In this document: positions 1-13,455 of the stretch, piece by piece
Layout: every line of letters begins with the position of its first letter
Position numbering within the stretch: the stretch's first letter is position 1
DNA from: Cenococcum geophilum
Taxonomy: Eukaryota
Reading direction: 5' to 3'
DNA: 64,000 bases
NCBI GenBank assembly: GCA_050273025.1
Contig: CP158635.1
Location: 10,230,001-10,294,000, forward strand
The notes under the pieces: model-generated
Seen by the model: the letters and a program-made list of their open reading frames with translations, nothing else
Told to the model about the DNA's origin: nothing
Databases searched by the model: none
Position numbers and translations under genes: made by a program

Positions 1-3000
1 ACTAATTAGTATTAGTATGACTTTTATAACGTGCAGAATATATATATTATAATAATATATACTATGCGGTGTTATAGATAGATGATTAATTCTCTAAGAT
101 CTACGCGTCGCGAGAGGTAAGGCTTGTCGCGTGTTCTCCTGTGACCTCTGTTAACCAATCACGATTTTCCATGCCCGGCATAGAAAATCGCCATTAGCTC
201 ACTTACTACTAGCGCCTTAGCCGCCCTTACGATGTGTCTAACACTTCTAGCTACATTAACTACTACTACTAAAATATAGAAAGAGGCTGCTAAACGACAT
301 AACCGTGTAGAAGTTAAAGGCAAGCATATATACCCGCTAATTAAATGTCATTACTGCCTTTAATAGCACTATAAGAACAAAAAGTATAGTATTATACACT
401 GTCTTAAATTTAAATTAAAGTACTACCTATTATATGCTTACTACTAGGCATACTAGTCGGAAGTAATTAAATAGAAAAAAGCCATGCTTAACTTCCTAGA
501 TCTACCGCTACTATTAAAGATTAGGTATAGTAAACGTATATAGAATAGGGAGGATAAAAAAGATATAAAGTTAGATAGCTATAAGCACCGTTAAGGTAAC
601 TTTAGCAGCATAAACAAATTAATAAGCTCCCCCTTAAGACGACAGCGGTAATAAGGAGAGGCTTATACTATAGTTATATAATTACTAGCCAATCCTATTC
701 CGTAGCAAGATTAATTAGTAGTAGTAACGGTTTTAATAAACCAGATATAGCAGCAGAACTAGTAGATGCTATAATAGGTATAGAATGCTATATAGGCGGC
801 GATACCTCCTTCCATATAACTAACTATCGCCAATAGTTATTTTATAGTGGACCCTACACCAAATACAAGATTTTTATTAGTGCTGTTATTATAGAGCGCT
901 CTATTGGTTCCAGCTTTATCCTCTAAAACGCCTACCTATTACTATCTACCCCTAACTATGCCTACAAACCTACTACCTAATAGCCCCACCTACAGCGATA
1001 TTAAACAATTAAATAGTAAGCTTAGCGCCTTTACTAAATAGCTATAAAGCCATTACCTAGTTATCGCTAACGCCTTTACTAAAGCGGAGTCAATTTTAAT
1101 TAAGGACTATAACTTTAAGTTACTTAAGCATGCGCTACTTAATAGTAGTATAGGCCATATAAAGCTGTATAGGATTGGTTTAATATATAGGCTTATTAAT
1201 CGTATAGTAAACTGCTTAGAAGACTTTAGAACGGATTAGTAATATTCTAATACTATAGCAGAGGCCTTACTTAACGTCTTAATTGGCAAGCACCCTATAT
1301 AGATATATTACAAAAGACCAGACCTTATCCTTTTTATACTACCTCTTAATTCCTACCCGTAAGAAATGGCCTTTTACCCTCTTATTAAATCCTTATTACT
1401 CTACCGCGTGGCTTAAAAAGTCACTAAAGTTATTTTATAGATTAGCTTTAAATTAATAAGCACGCAGCCACTGCTTTAAGTTATAGAAAGAAGCTTTAAT
1501 TGGATTAAAATTAGGTAAGTGTTAGAATGTATATGTCAGAATATATAGACAGAGGGTACGCGGTCACGTGTCTTTAATTAGTCACCCTTATAGTAACTAA
1601 TTAGCCCCCTACTTAGGCACTACAATCCTTACAATCCTTTGCTTCCATTAAAGAAGAACAATTATCATACTATTTACGAACTGTAGCTACGTAATATCAC
1701 CTTATATAACCAACACTAATTAGTAGTTAACTTTACTGTTATACTATAGAACAGCAAGGTATTCCACTAAGAAGAGACGAGCTACTATACCAGTGCTACT
1801 CGTGCTAAAGGAAGCTATCTTTTAAGGTTAGAACTGGTCCTAAACCTTAAATAGAACTCTTCTATAAATCTAAGGATCTAAAAGGCCAGAACTAGTCCTA
1901 AGCCTTTCTAAGATTATGGATTCTTGCGTCTATTACGTAGAACAATATACTTTATAAGTCTTCGCGATTTAAGGCCAGAACTGGTCCTAAGCCCTATAAT
2001 TACAGATTCTCGTTACAAACGCGTACTAAACCACGAACGCGTACTAGACGATAAATACACGTCACGAACGCGTACTAAACGACAATCCCCACACTAATAA
2101 CACTTCCCTTCTTCCGAAAGCATGGCTACGGCCATTCTAAACAACTAGAGAGACTCCTTACTACTAGGGGTAGCTATATACATAAAACTTATTAATAAAG
2201 ATTAGGACAAATTTACCCTTAATATAATAACTTATACCGCAAAACAAGTTAATGGCTTTCTCCTATATTATATTATATTTTACTAAAATAGACACTAGGC
2301 CGATTTACAGCTATAAGAGTATTTTAGGGAAGATTTTATAGGATGGACTACTAATACCTAGGCACTTAGCAATATTAATATTGTTTAGGATTTTTAAGAC
2401 TTCCTTTATAGGAATGGAGTATATATTATTAAGAACGGTAACCCAATTACTAGCAATATTTAGGCCGTTATTATTAGTATAGAAGAACTAGTATAGATAG
2501 AAGCTAAGATTATACGTTAACTATAGAAACCAAAAACCAACCAATATTCTTTAGAAGGCAACTTTAATTTATATTAAAACTCCTAAAACGCTAATCTCCT
2601 ACTTAGTCCTCCTACCTAGCAATAACGTCCGTAGTAACGTCCGCAAGAACTTCTAGAAGAACCTCCGTAAGAGATTAAGCACCAACTACGCGCTATAAAG
2701 AAGCTTAACTCTTAAGGGAATCCTAATAATGGATAGCCATAAGCAACACTATAGATAACCTTAGGCTATTAAATACCTTAAGTTCCTTAGGCTGCCATAT
2801 CTTAACCTATACCTTAAGCTCCGCAACAAGCTCCGTATTAAGCTCCGCATTAAGCTCTATAATAAGCTTTAAAGTAACCTCTATAGTAAGAACCTCCGCA
2901 GCAACCTCTGTAGTAACCTCCGCAATAATCTCCGCAAGAACCTCCGCAAGAACCTCCGCAAGAACCTCCGCAAGAACCTCCGTAGCAACCTCCGCAAGAA

Positions 3001-3246
3001 CCTCCGTAGCAACCACTACAGATAACCTTAGGCTATTAAACACCTTAAGTGCCTTAAGCTGCCGTATCTCAACCCGTGCCTTAAGCTCCGTCCCACCAGT
3101 AATCTCCGCAGCAATCTCCGCAGTAATCTCCGCAGTAATCTCCGCAGTAATCTCCGCAGCAATCTCTGTAATAAGCCTCTACTTCTCTACAAACATTTAA
3201 TAAGCTTTAGAAGATTTAGCGTAGAGGGGAATTCTAAAACTCCTAT

Positions 3247-6200
3247 TGTTATAGGACGGGGGCAGTGGCTATAAAGCGTATATATTCGAGGAGTCTACAA
3301 GACGTTACGCGATCAATCGTAAGGGTTAAGGGCGTAAGGAGGTGATATACCTACGCGTAGCTGACATAAGCTGTACGCGAGGTATACGTAAGAGCACGGG
3401 GCTCTCCTATAGAGGCCCCTACGGTGGGGTTCCATAACACTACCCCCCCTCTTATAGAGGCGGAGCTCCGGTAACGCTATGGTTACTATATACATGTAGA
3501 AGAAACACTTAAGGTATAGAAAAGAAGAAAAGGGGGGTATTACTAAAGGCTTAAAACAACGTTATATAATAGGGCTTGGCATCTAAGAATCCGACTAATT
3601 AGACAACTTTAACCGCCGGTTAAAGTTCCTGGATATCTCGATGATATTCCAGTTACGTAATCGCACTTTACCGCAATCTAATAGCAATTTAACGGCAATT
3701 TGCCCTTACGTGGTAATGTATAACAGTTTAACTCTATAAGGGCTTCCATAAAGGATTAGGTATAAAGTCTCTACTTAGGCCCAGTTTCTGTAGGTTCGCG
3801 TAATAAAAGTCGCTAATTAGATCCTTTGCATTTTTAAAGTCTTCCTATAGTTACTATTCTGGCTAATCTATATCGAATCCTGTGTATATAGCTCTGTAAT
3901 AGAGCTATTGTTCTCTGCCTTTGCCAAAGTATTTAGAGTTAATAATTCGTTTAACGGTCCACTCCTCGTGGTTCTCGTCTTCGTTTTTATCTCGGATTAG
4001 TACTAGTAGGGGTTTAGGCTATATCTGCCCCGGTAAGGGGTTAGGCTAATAGAGGTATAGTAGCTATAGGTAAAATACGGGCTATATCCCATGGGTAGCT
4101 AGGGCAGGTGGGAGTTCTAGCTTATATACGGCTCCCCTATTAATAACTTATTTAATTGGATAGGGGCTAAGGTTCTTATAATTAAGTAACTTTATAGGCC
4201 TCTATATAGAGATATTACGTACATCTAGCTATACCTAGTCGCCAACACGCATCTCCGGTGGTGGCGTTCTATAATAGTTAGCGAAGTAGGCCTACTTTGC
4301 TTAAGCCCAGGCCATTTCTCCCTTATAGTAGTTAAGTAGATTTTTCATATAGTCTGTATACTGGTCGGTAAGTAGTATCTTAAGGCGTTTTCTATATGGC
4401 AGTTTCTTATTAATAGGTTCTAGTAGCTCTATGCCAGATTAGGGGTAATAACCCTTATTCGCAAAGAACGGGGTAAGTCCTATAGTAGTTAAGACGTAGT
4501 TATTCGCTGCAAATTTACCTAGTAGGAGGTAATCTACCTAGTTATCTTAACTATAGGCGACTACCTATTATAGGTACGCTTTTATACTAGCGTTAGCGTT
4601 TTTTAGTTACCTAGCAGTTTTATAATAGAAGGATATAGATATCTTAACGGAGATGCCAAGGCATTAGCAGATTCGTCTCCATACATCGGAGTTAAATTAT
4701 GTGCCTTAGTCGGACGTAATTAAGTTAGGTAACCTATGTAGTCGGTAGACTTCGCGAAGGAAGGCGTTAGTAACATCGCTAACGGCTACGCCTTCGGTTG
4801 GGATATAGTGGCGCTCTTTTATAAGTCGGTATATTATTATAAGGATATTCTTATAGGTATGGCCGTATTATTTATAGGGTAGTAGGTTAACAACGAAATC
4901 TATAGCAATATCTGCCTATTGTTATATAGGTACTAGTAAAGGGTGCAGTAGTCCTTAGTACTTTATATTAAAGGCCTTAGCGCGCTTATAACCGTAGCAG
5001 GCGCCTATAAAGCGTTTAACTAAGTCTATTATTTTTGGCCAGAAGTAGTATCGGCTAAAAAGCTTATAGGTTTCTTCTCTACCTAGGTAGCCGCTTAATC
5101 GGAGGTCATAGGCCATTTAGATTAGTTGCCGTTGTAGATTTTCTAAGTTAGGGATAAATAGGCGGCCTCTATAATAGAGCCTATTCTCTTTTACTTCTAA
5201 GGCTGCCATATTAATCTAGCCTAAGCTTTAGAGGTTAGTAGGCAGCATATAGGCGCTAGCGGTTTTTGCGGCAATAAGTTAATACAATAATAGATTAGCA
5301 GAGGCGTCATATACCGTAGTAATAAGCTTATTAATTTTAGAAGGTAACTCTAGTTCTATAGTATAAAGCTAGGGTACAGTTAGCTCTATTATAGGTAGTA
5401 TGCCTAGGGCCAAATTTCGTGCTTTTAGGATCGTCTGTTATTGGAACTAATTACAAGGGTTATCTTTAGACTAAGGAAGGTCTTATAAGCGGCGTATTAG
5501 GCTATTAGGTTTAGTACCTTATACTCCTAGTCTATATATAATTTTAAAGTTAAAACTAAAAAGGAACTCGTTCTAACGTGCTTGGCGTTAGTTTAGCTAC
5601 TTCGTAGTTATAAAGTACTTAAGGTTGCGATGGTCCGTAAGGACTTTAGTTAGCTAGTTAGGCTCTATTAAGGAGAGTTCTAGTTAGAATTCTTTAAACG
5701 CTCGTACGATTGTAAGGAGTTCTTTGTTATAGATCTCGTAGTTACACTCTTATAGTATAAGCTTAGACGAGTAGAATGCGACTAGGTAAAGAAAACCGTT
5801 ATTACCCATCTAGGAAAGAACGCCTGCGTTAACGTAGTCTAAGGAGTCGGTTTTAAGGTAGAGTTATCGTCCTAGTGTAAAGTAAGCTAGGACAGGTGCT
5901 TTAGTAAAGGCATTTTTAAGGTCTTAGAACGCCTTCTCGTATTTAGGCGTCTAGGTAAAGCATAGGTGCGTTTTTCTTCCTTTTATAAAAAGGCCCTTTG
6001 TTTATATCATTGCTATAAATAGTGCTACTACGCCTAAGAAGTTGTATATAAATTTCTAATAGAAGTTAGCGAAACTAAGGAAGGCTTATACATCCTTAAT
6101 GCAGTTAGGGGCTTACTATTTGGTAATTATACGTACCTTCTCGGGGTCTATATAAACACCCTTAGTAGTAACAATTAGTTTAAGGTATTTTACTTCTGTA

Positions 6201-9200
6201 ACTAAGAATTCGCATTTCTTTAAATTAATATAAAGTCCTACGTCCCTAAGGCGCTGTAGGACCTTTTAAACATGTTCGGTATGCTTAGAGGGGTCATTAC
6301 TATAAATAAGTATATTATCTAGGTACGCGGAGTAGAAGTCGTTAAGGTAGTCCTATAAGGCGTTATTAATATAGCTTTAGAAGGTGCCTGGGCCGTTATA
6401 TACGCCAAAGGGCATAATAGTATATTTAAATTGGCCAAAGCGCAATGTAAATACGGTTTTCTATTTGTCACCTTCCCGTATTTAGAGGTAGTTAAAGGCG
6501 GCAATAAAAAATTAGCCGATAAATATTATACATTTAATGACAATTCCTATATTAATGTTACGGATGCCAGAAGGATTATAACTAAGAATTTTAAGCATAT
6601 ATGGGTAGAATTATCTGAGTTTTCTAGTTATATAATAAATAATTATATAGATAAGTGTCCAAGTGCTATATTAGCTTTTAATCAATTAGATAGTAAATGT
6701 CTTGAAGACATAATATTAAGCTTAGTATAGATTTTGGCTTAACTAAGCCGCTTAAGGGTCTTACGTATAAGCGGTACTAGGTATTAGTTTTTAATCGTAA
6801 TAGCGTTAAGTCCTTTATAGTTAACGCAGAATCGGATACCTCCTCCTAGCTTCTTAGCGAGAAGGATAGGGGCGGCTGCTGGTAATATGCTGGGACGAAT
6901 AAATCCTTTATTGAGGTGCTTATTAATATACTTTTTTATAACTAAAAGCTCATTTTTTAATATTAGGTAGGGTCTTTTATAAGGTAGCATTTTTCCTTAT
7001 TTAATGTTAATGGCATAGTTATTAGGTTAATATAGGGGGAGTATATCTGCGCTCTTTTGTAAGCATATATTGGTAAAGTTATAGTACCTCTTAGGGAGGA
7101 GCTTATGGAGTTCTTCGTTAGTAATTCCTTTTTTAAGCTTTATAAACTTCTTAAAGTCTAAAGGTAAAAGTCCGTAGAGTTCCATAGGGGCGTCATCTTC
7201 TAGAAAGTCAACTATATCTATCCTATTACTATAGAGGACGTGGTCCTATTCTTTATTAAGCTTATATAGTTATAATTAGGAAGCTATAGCAACGGTTTAG
7301 CCTTTCTTATATACTATACGGTAGAAGGCTAGGGCACTTATATAGTAGCAGTTAGTTATAAGTAGAGTAATAAGGGGTTCCTTAGGTTAATATCCTAGGG
7401 AGTAAATAAAGGCGGCTAGGCTATGCCCTAGGCAAGTCTCTCTACAGTATTTAGAGTTAAAGGTTACTTCTCTCTTCTTCTAGTTAATGGCGGGGTTATA
7501 TTATTTAAGCTAGTTTATTCTAAGGATAATAGGGTAGTTAATAAGTGGTATTATATAGGCCTAGAGTTCTTTCTAGTGCCCATTTATATCTAGGTGGAGT
7601 TATACCATATAGGTAATCTTCTATGCGGTATAATTACCGTTAGCGAGTTATAGGGCGCGGGCTTTAGTAAGGGGTAAGGTAGGTAAGTTATAAGTGCGCA
7701 TAAATTAGGTATCTACAAATTTATTAATAGCTCCGTAATTAATCATAAAACGGCTTTTATATTATTTTTTAGCAGTAGTTCCTATTATAGGTAAAACTAT
7801 CTATTTCCGTCTATTTATTTTTATAGAGTTATCTATTAAGCAAGCCAATATATAGATCCCTCCGTCATTAGGACATCCTAACCCGTAACTTAGGGCTAGG
7901 ACTTAGCATTTTCCGTTTCCATATCCAACTCTACCGCTATTACTATATCTTTATCTTATACGGTAGTGGTATATAGCAACGTATTTAGTGTTTAGGGTAT
8001 TAGGTTAAATATTAGGCAGCGGCTACCAAACCTAGCCATTAGGCAGTTTAGGTTATCGCGATAACAGCCTTCTTAACGGCATCTATAGTAGCGTCCTAGT
8101 TTCTGGAGTAGCTTACACTCTCCATTTAGGAGTTTTTATAGGAAGGTTAGTATAGAGAAATCGATATTGGTTCCAGTAGTACTTAAGGTAGTAGGCGTTG
8201 GTGGCTTAGTATATGTGGGTTTAGTAGGCCTAGGGGGCTTCTATAGAGAGGTCTTTGGGTAAAAGTTAGTAGTAGCTATCTAATTTAGTTATTGTTTAAT
8301 CTTCTATAGAGCTGCTACTATATTATAAACATCGTTATAGTTATAGCTAGCGGCTACGTAACTAAGGCGATAAGTAACTTTTTCAAAGAGGTCCTCCTGG
8401 TCTTTAGTATTATCTTAGGTAAGGGCTCTAGTATATTCCTAGAATTTAATATAGAATTCATTAAATAATTTAGTAGGGCTTATCTTTAGGGCACGTAGTT
8501 TAGCTTGGTTGGTGGCTAGTAGGTTATAGTTACGGTATATTAAGTCGAGATCGTTAAGGACTTCTTAGTGGGACTACTACTTCTAGGGGCCACTAGTCTC
8601 CTATTAGGCGAAGAGTCTGTTAAACGGTATACCCTTTATTCGCCTAATAATATAGCCAATCTTAGTATCTTCTGTAGGAAAAAGGCAGGCGCTCTAAGTT
8701 AGTTTCTCGCGGATTTATATCTTCTAGTAGCTATATTCCTTACAGTCTCCCTAAAAGACTAGGGGATTAAGGTAGCGTATATTAGACCCTATAGTAGCAG
8801 TTTAGGTCCGATTATTATGGCTTTTATTATTACTACTTTAGTAGGAGTTCCTATTAGGTAAAGCTGCTTAGCACTAGCCCTCCGTTAAGCATTAAGTAGG
8901 TAAAGTTACCGGGGGCATAAAGACTTAGGTGGCGTTATATATAGTAAAGAGGTGTCTAGCATTATTACAAATATACTCGTTAAGCTAAGATTATAGGTAT
9001 TTAATTATGCCTTCTCTTTTAGTAACCGTAGCAATTAGTGCAATCTCAGCCTTCTTTAACTATTAGACGTCGCGTTTAGACACGCGGAGGTCATCTTCGG
9101 TTTCTTATTATATATTATCAGCGAGCGCCTCACAAGCTTATAGGTCTTAGATAATATCGCGATCTTAGGTAGTATACATCTCGGCTTATATAAGCTTTAG

Positions 9201-9815
9201 GTAATAGTTCTATAAAAGGCGGTAGTATTTATTAGGGTCTTGTGCTACCATTTTTATAAACGTCTCGGCGTCTCATATTTCAATTTCAATAGGTAGTAGC
9301 CCTTCCGTTTGCTTGTCCGTAGTTATATAGTTAATAAAAGATAAAATATTATTAGTGTCCGTCTCCTTAGGGGTTAAGGCTAGGGCTGATAAATCAAATT
9401 CTCCTAGGATTAATTGGCGTTGTAGGTTAGGTGTAGGTATTAGATTGTTCTTTAGGTTTAACATAGTAGCTAGTAAGGGATATCGTCTTACTATTGTAGG
9501 TTCCTTAGAAGTATAAAGTAAGGTAATTTATAGACACGCTACTTCTGGCAGCGCCTACAGTATTATAGAGATGTAGAATTAGTTATAGGCTAAGCGTCGG
9601 TAGTAAAAAAGGCGCAACGTAATGTCACGGGACGGGGGCAGTGGCTACAAAGCGTATGTATTCGAGGAGTCTACAAGACGTTACGCGATCGATCGTAAGG
9701 GTCGAGGGCGTAAGGAGGTAATATACCTACGCGTAGCTGACATAAGCTATACGCGAGGTGTACGCGAAAGCACGGGGCTCTCCTATAGAGGCCCCTGCGG
9801 TAAGGTTCCGTAACA
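3247..9815 (-). mobile_element. Full-length Ty3/Gypsy LTR retrotransposon (family B), RIP-inactivated, nested in the first Copia-like unit
   Basis: 193-bp LTRs at 3247-3439 and 9623-9815 with TSD CCTAT on both sides; the second Copia-like unit has a single CCTAT at the empty site. A polypurine tract adjoins 3440. RT motifs on the minus strand: GFIRPS..PAAAPILLAKK.GGGIRFCVNY, MPFG, YLDNILIY. Gag starts near 9464. Confidence 0.92.
6507..6709. other. ~203-bp foreign AT-rich insertion inside the Gypsy RT coding region
   Basis: Removing it restores minus-strand TKLNI|IAAFN (KLDIIAAFN motif). It is flanked by a duplicated ATA, retains CpA/TpG and is stop-free in one + frame. Confidence 0.75.
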
Positions 9816-12800
9816 CCTATAGTTCCTAAGGTAGCTATAAAGGTGGCTACTAGCGTAATCTAAATAGGAAGTTTTTATAGAGGGTACTATAAAGAGAGAG
9901 TAATATAGGGGGGGGAGCGGTTAGAACGGCATAGTTACGTAGGCAATCTATAAAAGAAAGAACTGTTAGTATTTACGGCAGCTATAAACCCGATAACTAT
10001 TATAACTAATATACCTACAAACCAACCCTATAATAAGACTCCGTGCTAATCTACCTATGGAACTAACCTTATACTAGCACTATACTGCCATATAATAACA
10101 ACTATAAGTCCGTACTGTACTGCTATATACCATTAACAAACTGATAGCGCCGCTATGCCTGCTATTATGGTACCAATCGCGCCAATATGCCTGCGATTTA
10201 CTAACTAAACAATTATGCCAATATGTATGCGATCCCAATTACCGTCGTGCTAATAAGAACAACCCGAATAGAACTAGGTAGAGCTTTACTCCCTAAAATA
10301 CAACCCTATTGCTAGCATTATACTGCCGCCTAAACGACCCGTCGCTGGTACCGTACTGCTATTATAATAGACCCTTACTGCCCTGCCTGCAGTTAACCAA
10401 CCCCTGCTGCTTTATTAGCAGCTAACTAACCCTTACTACTCTACCTACAGCTAACTAACTTCTATTGCTTCTACCTCTAGCTAAACTAACACCTTACTGC
10501 CTTACTATCTTACTGCCTTTCTGCAGCACTATAAGCATAAAGAAAGAACTACTAGTGTTAGAATATATATATCAGAATATATAGACAGAGGGTACGCGGT
10601 CGCGTATCTCTAATTAGTCACCCTTATAGTAACTAATTAGCCCCCTACTTAGGCACTGCAATCCTTATAATCCTTTACTTCTATTAAAGAAGAATAATTA
10701 TTATACTATCTATAAACCGTAGCTACGTAATATTACCTTATGTAACCAACACTAATTAATAGTTAACTTTACTATTATATTATAGAATAGTAAGGTATTC
10801 CACTAAGAAGAAACAAGCTACTGTACTAGTGCTACTTGTGCTAGAGGAAGCTGTCTTTTAAGGTTAGAACTGGTCCTAAACCTTAAATAGAACTCTTCTA
10901 CGAATCTAAGGATCTAAAAGGCTAGAACTAGTCCTAAGCCTTTCTAAGATTACGGATTCTTACGTCTATTATATAAAACAACACGCTTTATAAGTCTTTA
11001 TAATTTAAGGCCAGAACTAGTCCTAAGCCCTATAATTGCAGATTTTTATTACGAACGCGTACCAAACTATAAATGCGTACTAGATAACAAATATATGTTA
11101 TGAACACGTACCAAACAATAATCCCTACACTAATAACACTTCCCTTCTTCTAAAAGTATGGCTATGGCCATTCTAAACAACTAAAGAGACTCCTTACTAT
11201 TAGGGGTAGCTATATACGCGAAACTCATTAATAAAGATTAGGATAAATTTACCCTTAATATAACAACTTATACCGTAAAACAAGTTAATAGCTTTCTCCT
11301 ATATTATATTATATTCTACCAAAATAGATACTAGGCCAATTTATAGCTATAGGAGTATTTTAGGGAAGATTTTATAGGATGGACTGTTAATACCTGGGCA
11401 CTTAGCAACATTAATATTATTTAGGATTTTTAAGACTTCCTTTATAGGAACGGAGTATATATTATTAAGAACGGTAACTTAATTACTAGCAATATTTAGG
11501 CCGTTATTATTAGTATAGAAGAACTAGTATAGACAGAAGCTAAGATTATATATTAACTACGGAAACTAAAAACTAACTAATATTCTTTAGAAGGCAACTT
11601 TAATTTGTATTAAAACCCCTAGAACGCTAATCTCCTACTTAATCCTCCTACCTAGTAATAACGTCCGCAGTAACATCTGTAAGAACTTCTGGAAGAACCT
11701 CTATAAGAGATTAAGCACCAACTACGCGCTATAAAGAAGCTTAACTCTTAAGGGAATCCTAATAATGGATAGCTATAAGCAACACTATAGACAACCTTAG
11801 GCTATTAAACACCTTAAGTTCCTTAGGCTGCCGTATCTTAACCTATACCTTAAGCTCCGCAATAAGCTCCGCATTAAGCTCCGCATTAAGCTCCATAATA
11901 AGCTCTAAAGCAACCTCCCCAGTAAGAACCTCCGCAGTAACCTCTGTAGCAACCTCCGTAGTAATCTCCGCAAGAACCTCCGTAAGAACCTCCGTAAGAA
12001 CCTCCGCAGCAACCACTATAGATAACCTTAGGCTATTAAACACCTTAAGTGCCTTAAGCTGCCGTATCTCAACCCGTGCCTTAAGCTCCGTCCTACTAGT
12101 AATCTCCATAGTAATCTCCGCAGTAATTTCCGTAGTAATCTCCGTAGTAATCTCCGTAATAAGCCTCTACTTCTCTATAAACATTTAATAAGCTTTAGAA
12201 GATTTAGCGTAGAGGGGAATTCTAAGACTCCTATAGTTCCTAAGGTAGCTATAAAGGTGGCTACCAGCGTAATCTAGATAGAAAGTTCTTATAGAGGGTA
12301 CCGTAAAGAGAGAGTAATATAGGGGGGGAAGTGGTTAGAACGGTATAGTTATGCAGGTAATCTATAAAAGAAAGAACTGCTAGTATCTATGGCAGCTACA
12401 AACCTAATAACTGTTATAACTAATATACCTATAAACTAACCCTATAATAAGACTCCGTGCCGATCTGCCTATGGAACCAACCCTATACTAGCATCGCACT
12501 ACTATATAACAACAACTATAAGTCCGTACTGTACTACTATATACTATTAATAAACTGATAGCGCCGCTATGCCTACTATTACGATACTAATCGCGCTAAT
12601 ACGCCTGCGATCTACTAACTAAACAATCGTGCCGATATACATATAATCCTAATTACCGTTATACTAATAAGAACGACCCAAACAGGACTAGGTAGAGCTT
12701 TGCTCCCTAGAACACGACCCCATTACTAGCATTATACTGCCGCCCAAATGACCCGTCGCTAGCACCGTACTGCTATTATAATAGACCCTTACTGCCCTAC

Positions 12801-13455
12801 CTGCAGTTAACTAACCCCTACTGCTTTATTAGCAGCTAACTAACCCTTACTGCCTTGCCTACAGCTAACTAACTTCTATTACTTCTACCTCTAGCTAAAC
12901 TAATGCCTTACTGCCTTACTGCCTTACTGCCTTTCTATAGCACCATAAGCATAAAAAAAGAACTGCTAGTATTGGAATATATATGTCAGAATATATAGAC
13001 AGAGGGTACGCGGTCGCGTGTCTCTAATTAGTTACCCTTATAGTGACTAATCAGCCCCCTACTTAGGCACTGCGATCCTTACAATCCTTTGCTTCTATTA
13101 AAGAAGAACAATCATTATACTATCTACGAACCGTAGCTACGTAATATCACCTTGTATAACTAACAGTAAGTAAGGAGGAAGATATTTAAGCCTAACACTA
13201 GCAGCATTGTAGAGGCGTTAAACTTTCTAGGTTTAAGTAAGTAATAGTATTAAACACCTATCCTTTATAGACACTATATACCTTATTATAATGGATTAAC
13301 GTATTATTTATTACTAGAACTAAATAAGGCTATAGATAAGGCTGCATATAAGTAAAAACCTTATTCTTTATCTATTTAATAAACATTAGCCCGTTAATAG
13401 CGCCTTAGTATATTAACTAGCTAGGTATATAGCCCTAATAGGTATACGCTAGCAG

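Larger units (their letters stand above)
1520..13165 (+). mobile_element. Tandem three-LTR, gag-only Ty1/Copia-like element (LTR-internal-LTR-internal-LTR), RIP-degraded
   Basis: Three 196-bp LTRs (TGTT...AACA type) at 1520-1715, 10556-10751 and 12970-13165. The 5-bp TSD GTAAG lies at 1515-1519 and 13166-13170. The two ~2.2-kb internal units are near identical. A degenerate ORF from ATG 2122/11158 contains EYFREDFIGWT and a PPQE/SPQ-rich repeat; no pol motifs were seen. Confidence 0.8.

Noticed and set aside
1825..2085. Spaced repeats (GAACTGGTCCTAA x3, CGAACGCGTAC x3) resembling a CRISPR array
   Set aside because: Eukaryotic context, irregular spacing, and part of the retroelement 5' UTR duplicated at ~10860-11120.
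2807..3043. ORFs with EVLA repeats (also 11843-12109)
   Set aside because: Antisense readings of the 12-bp Pro/Gln repeat in the Copia-like gag, not independent genes.
3535..3725. Possible extra solo LTR in the Gypsy B 3' region
   Set aside because: No convincing paired termini or TSD could be identified.
6431..6730. 99-aa + strand ORF as a real gene
   Set aside because: A chimera of antisense RT sequence and the 203-bp insert, with a non-ATG start.
9622..9813. Short ORFs within LTRs (also 3313-3495 and 28000-28194)
   Set aside because: They coincide with LTR sequence and are disrupted in sister LTRs.
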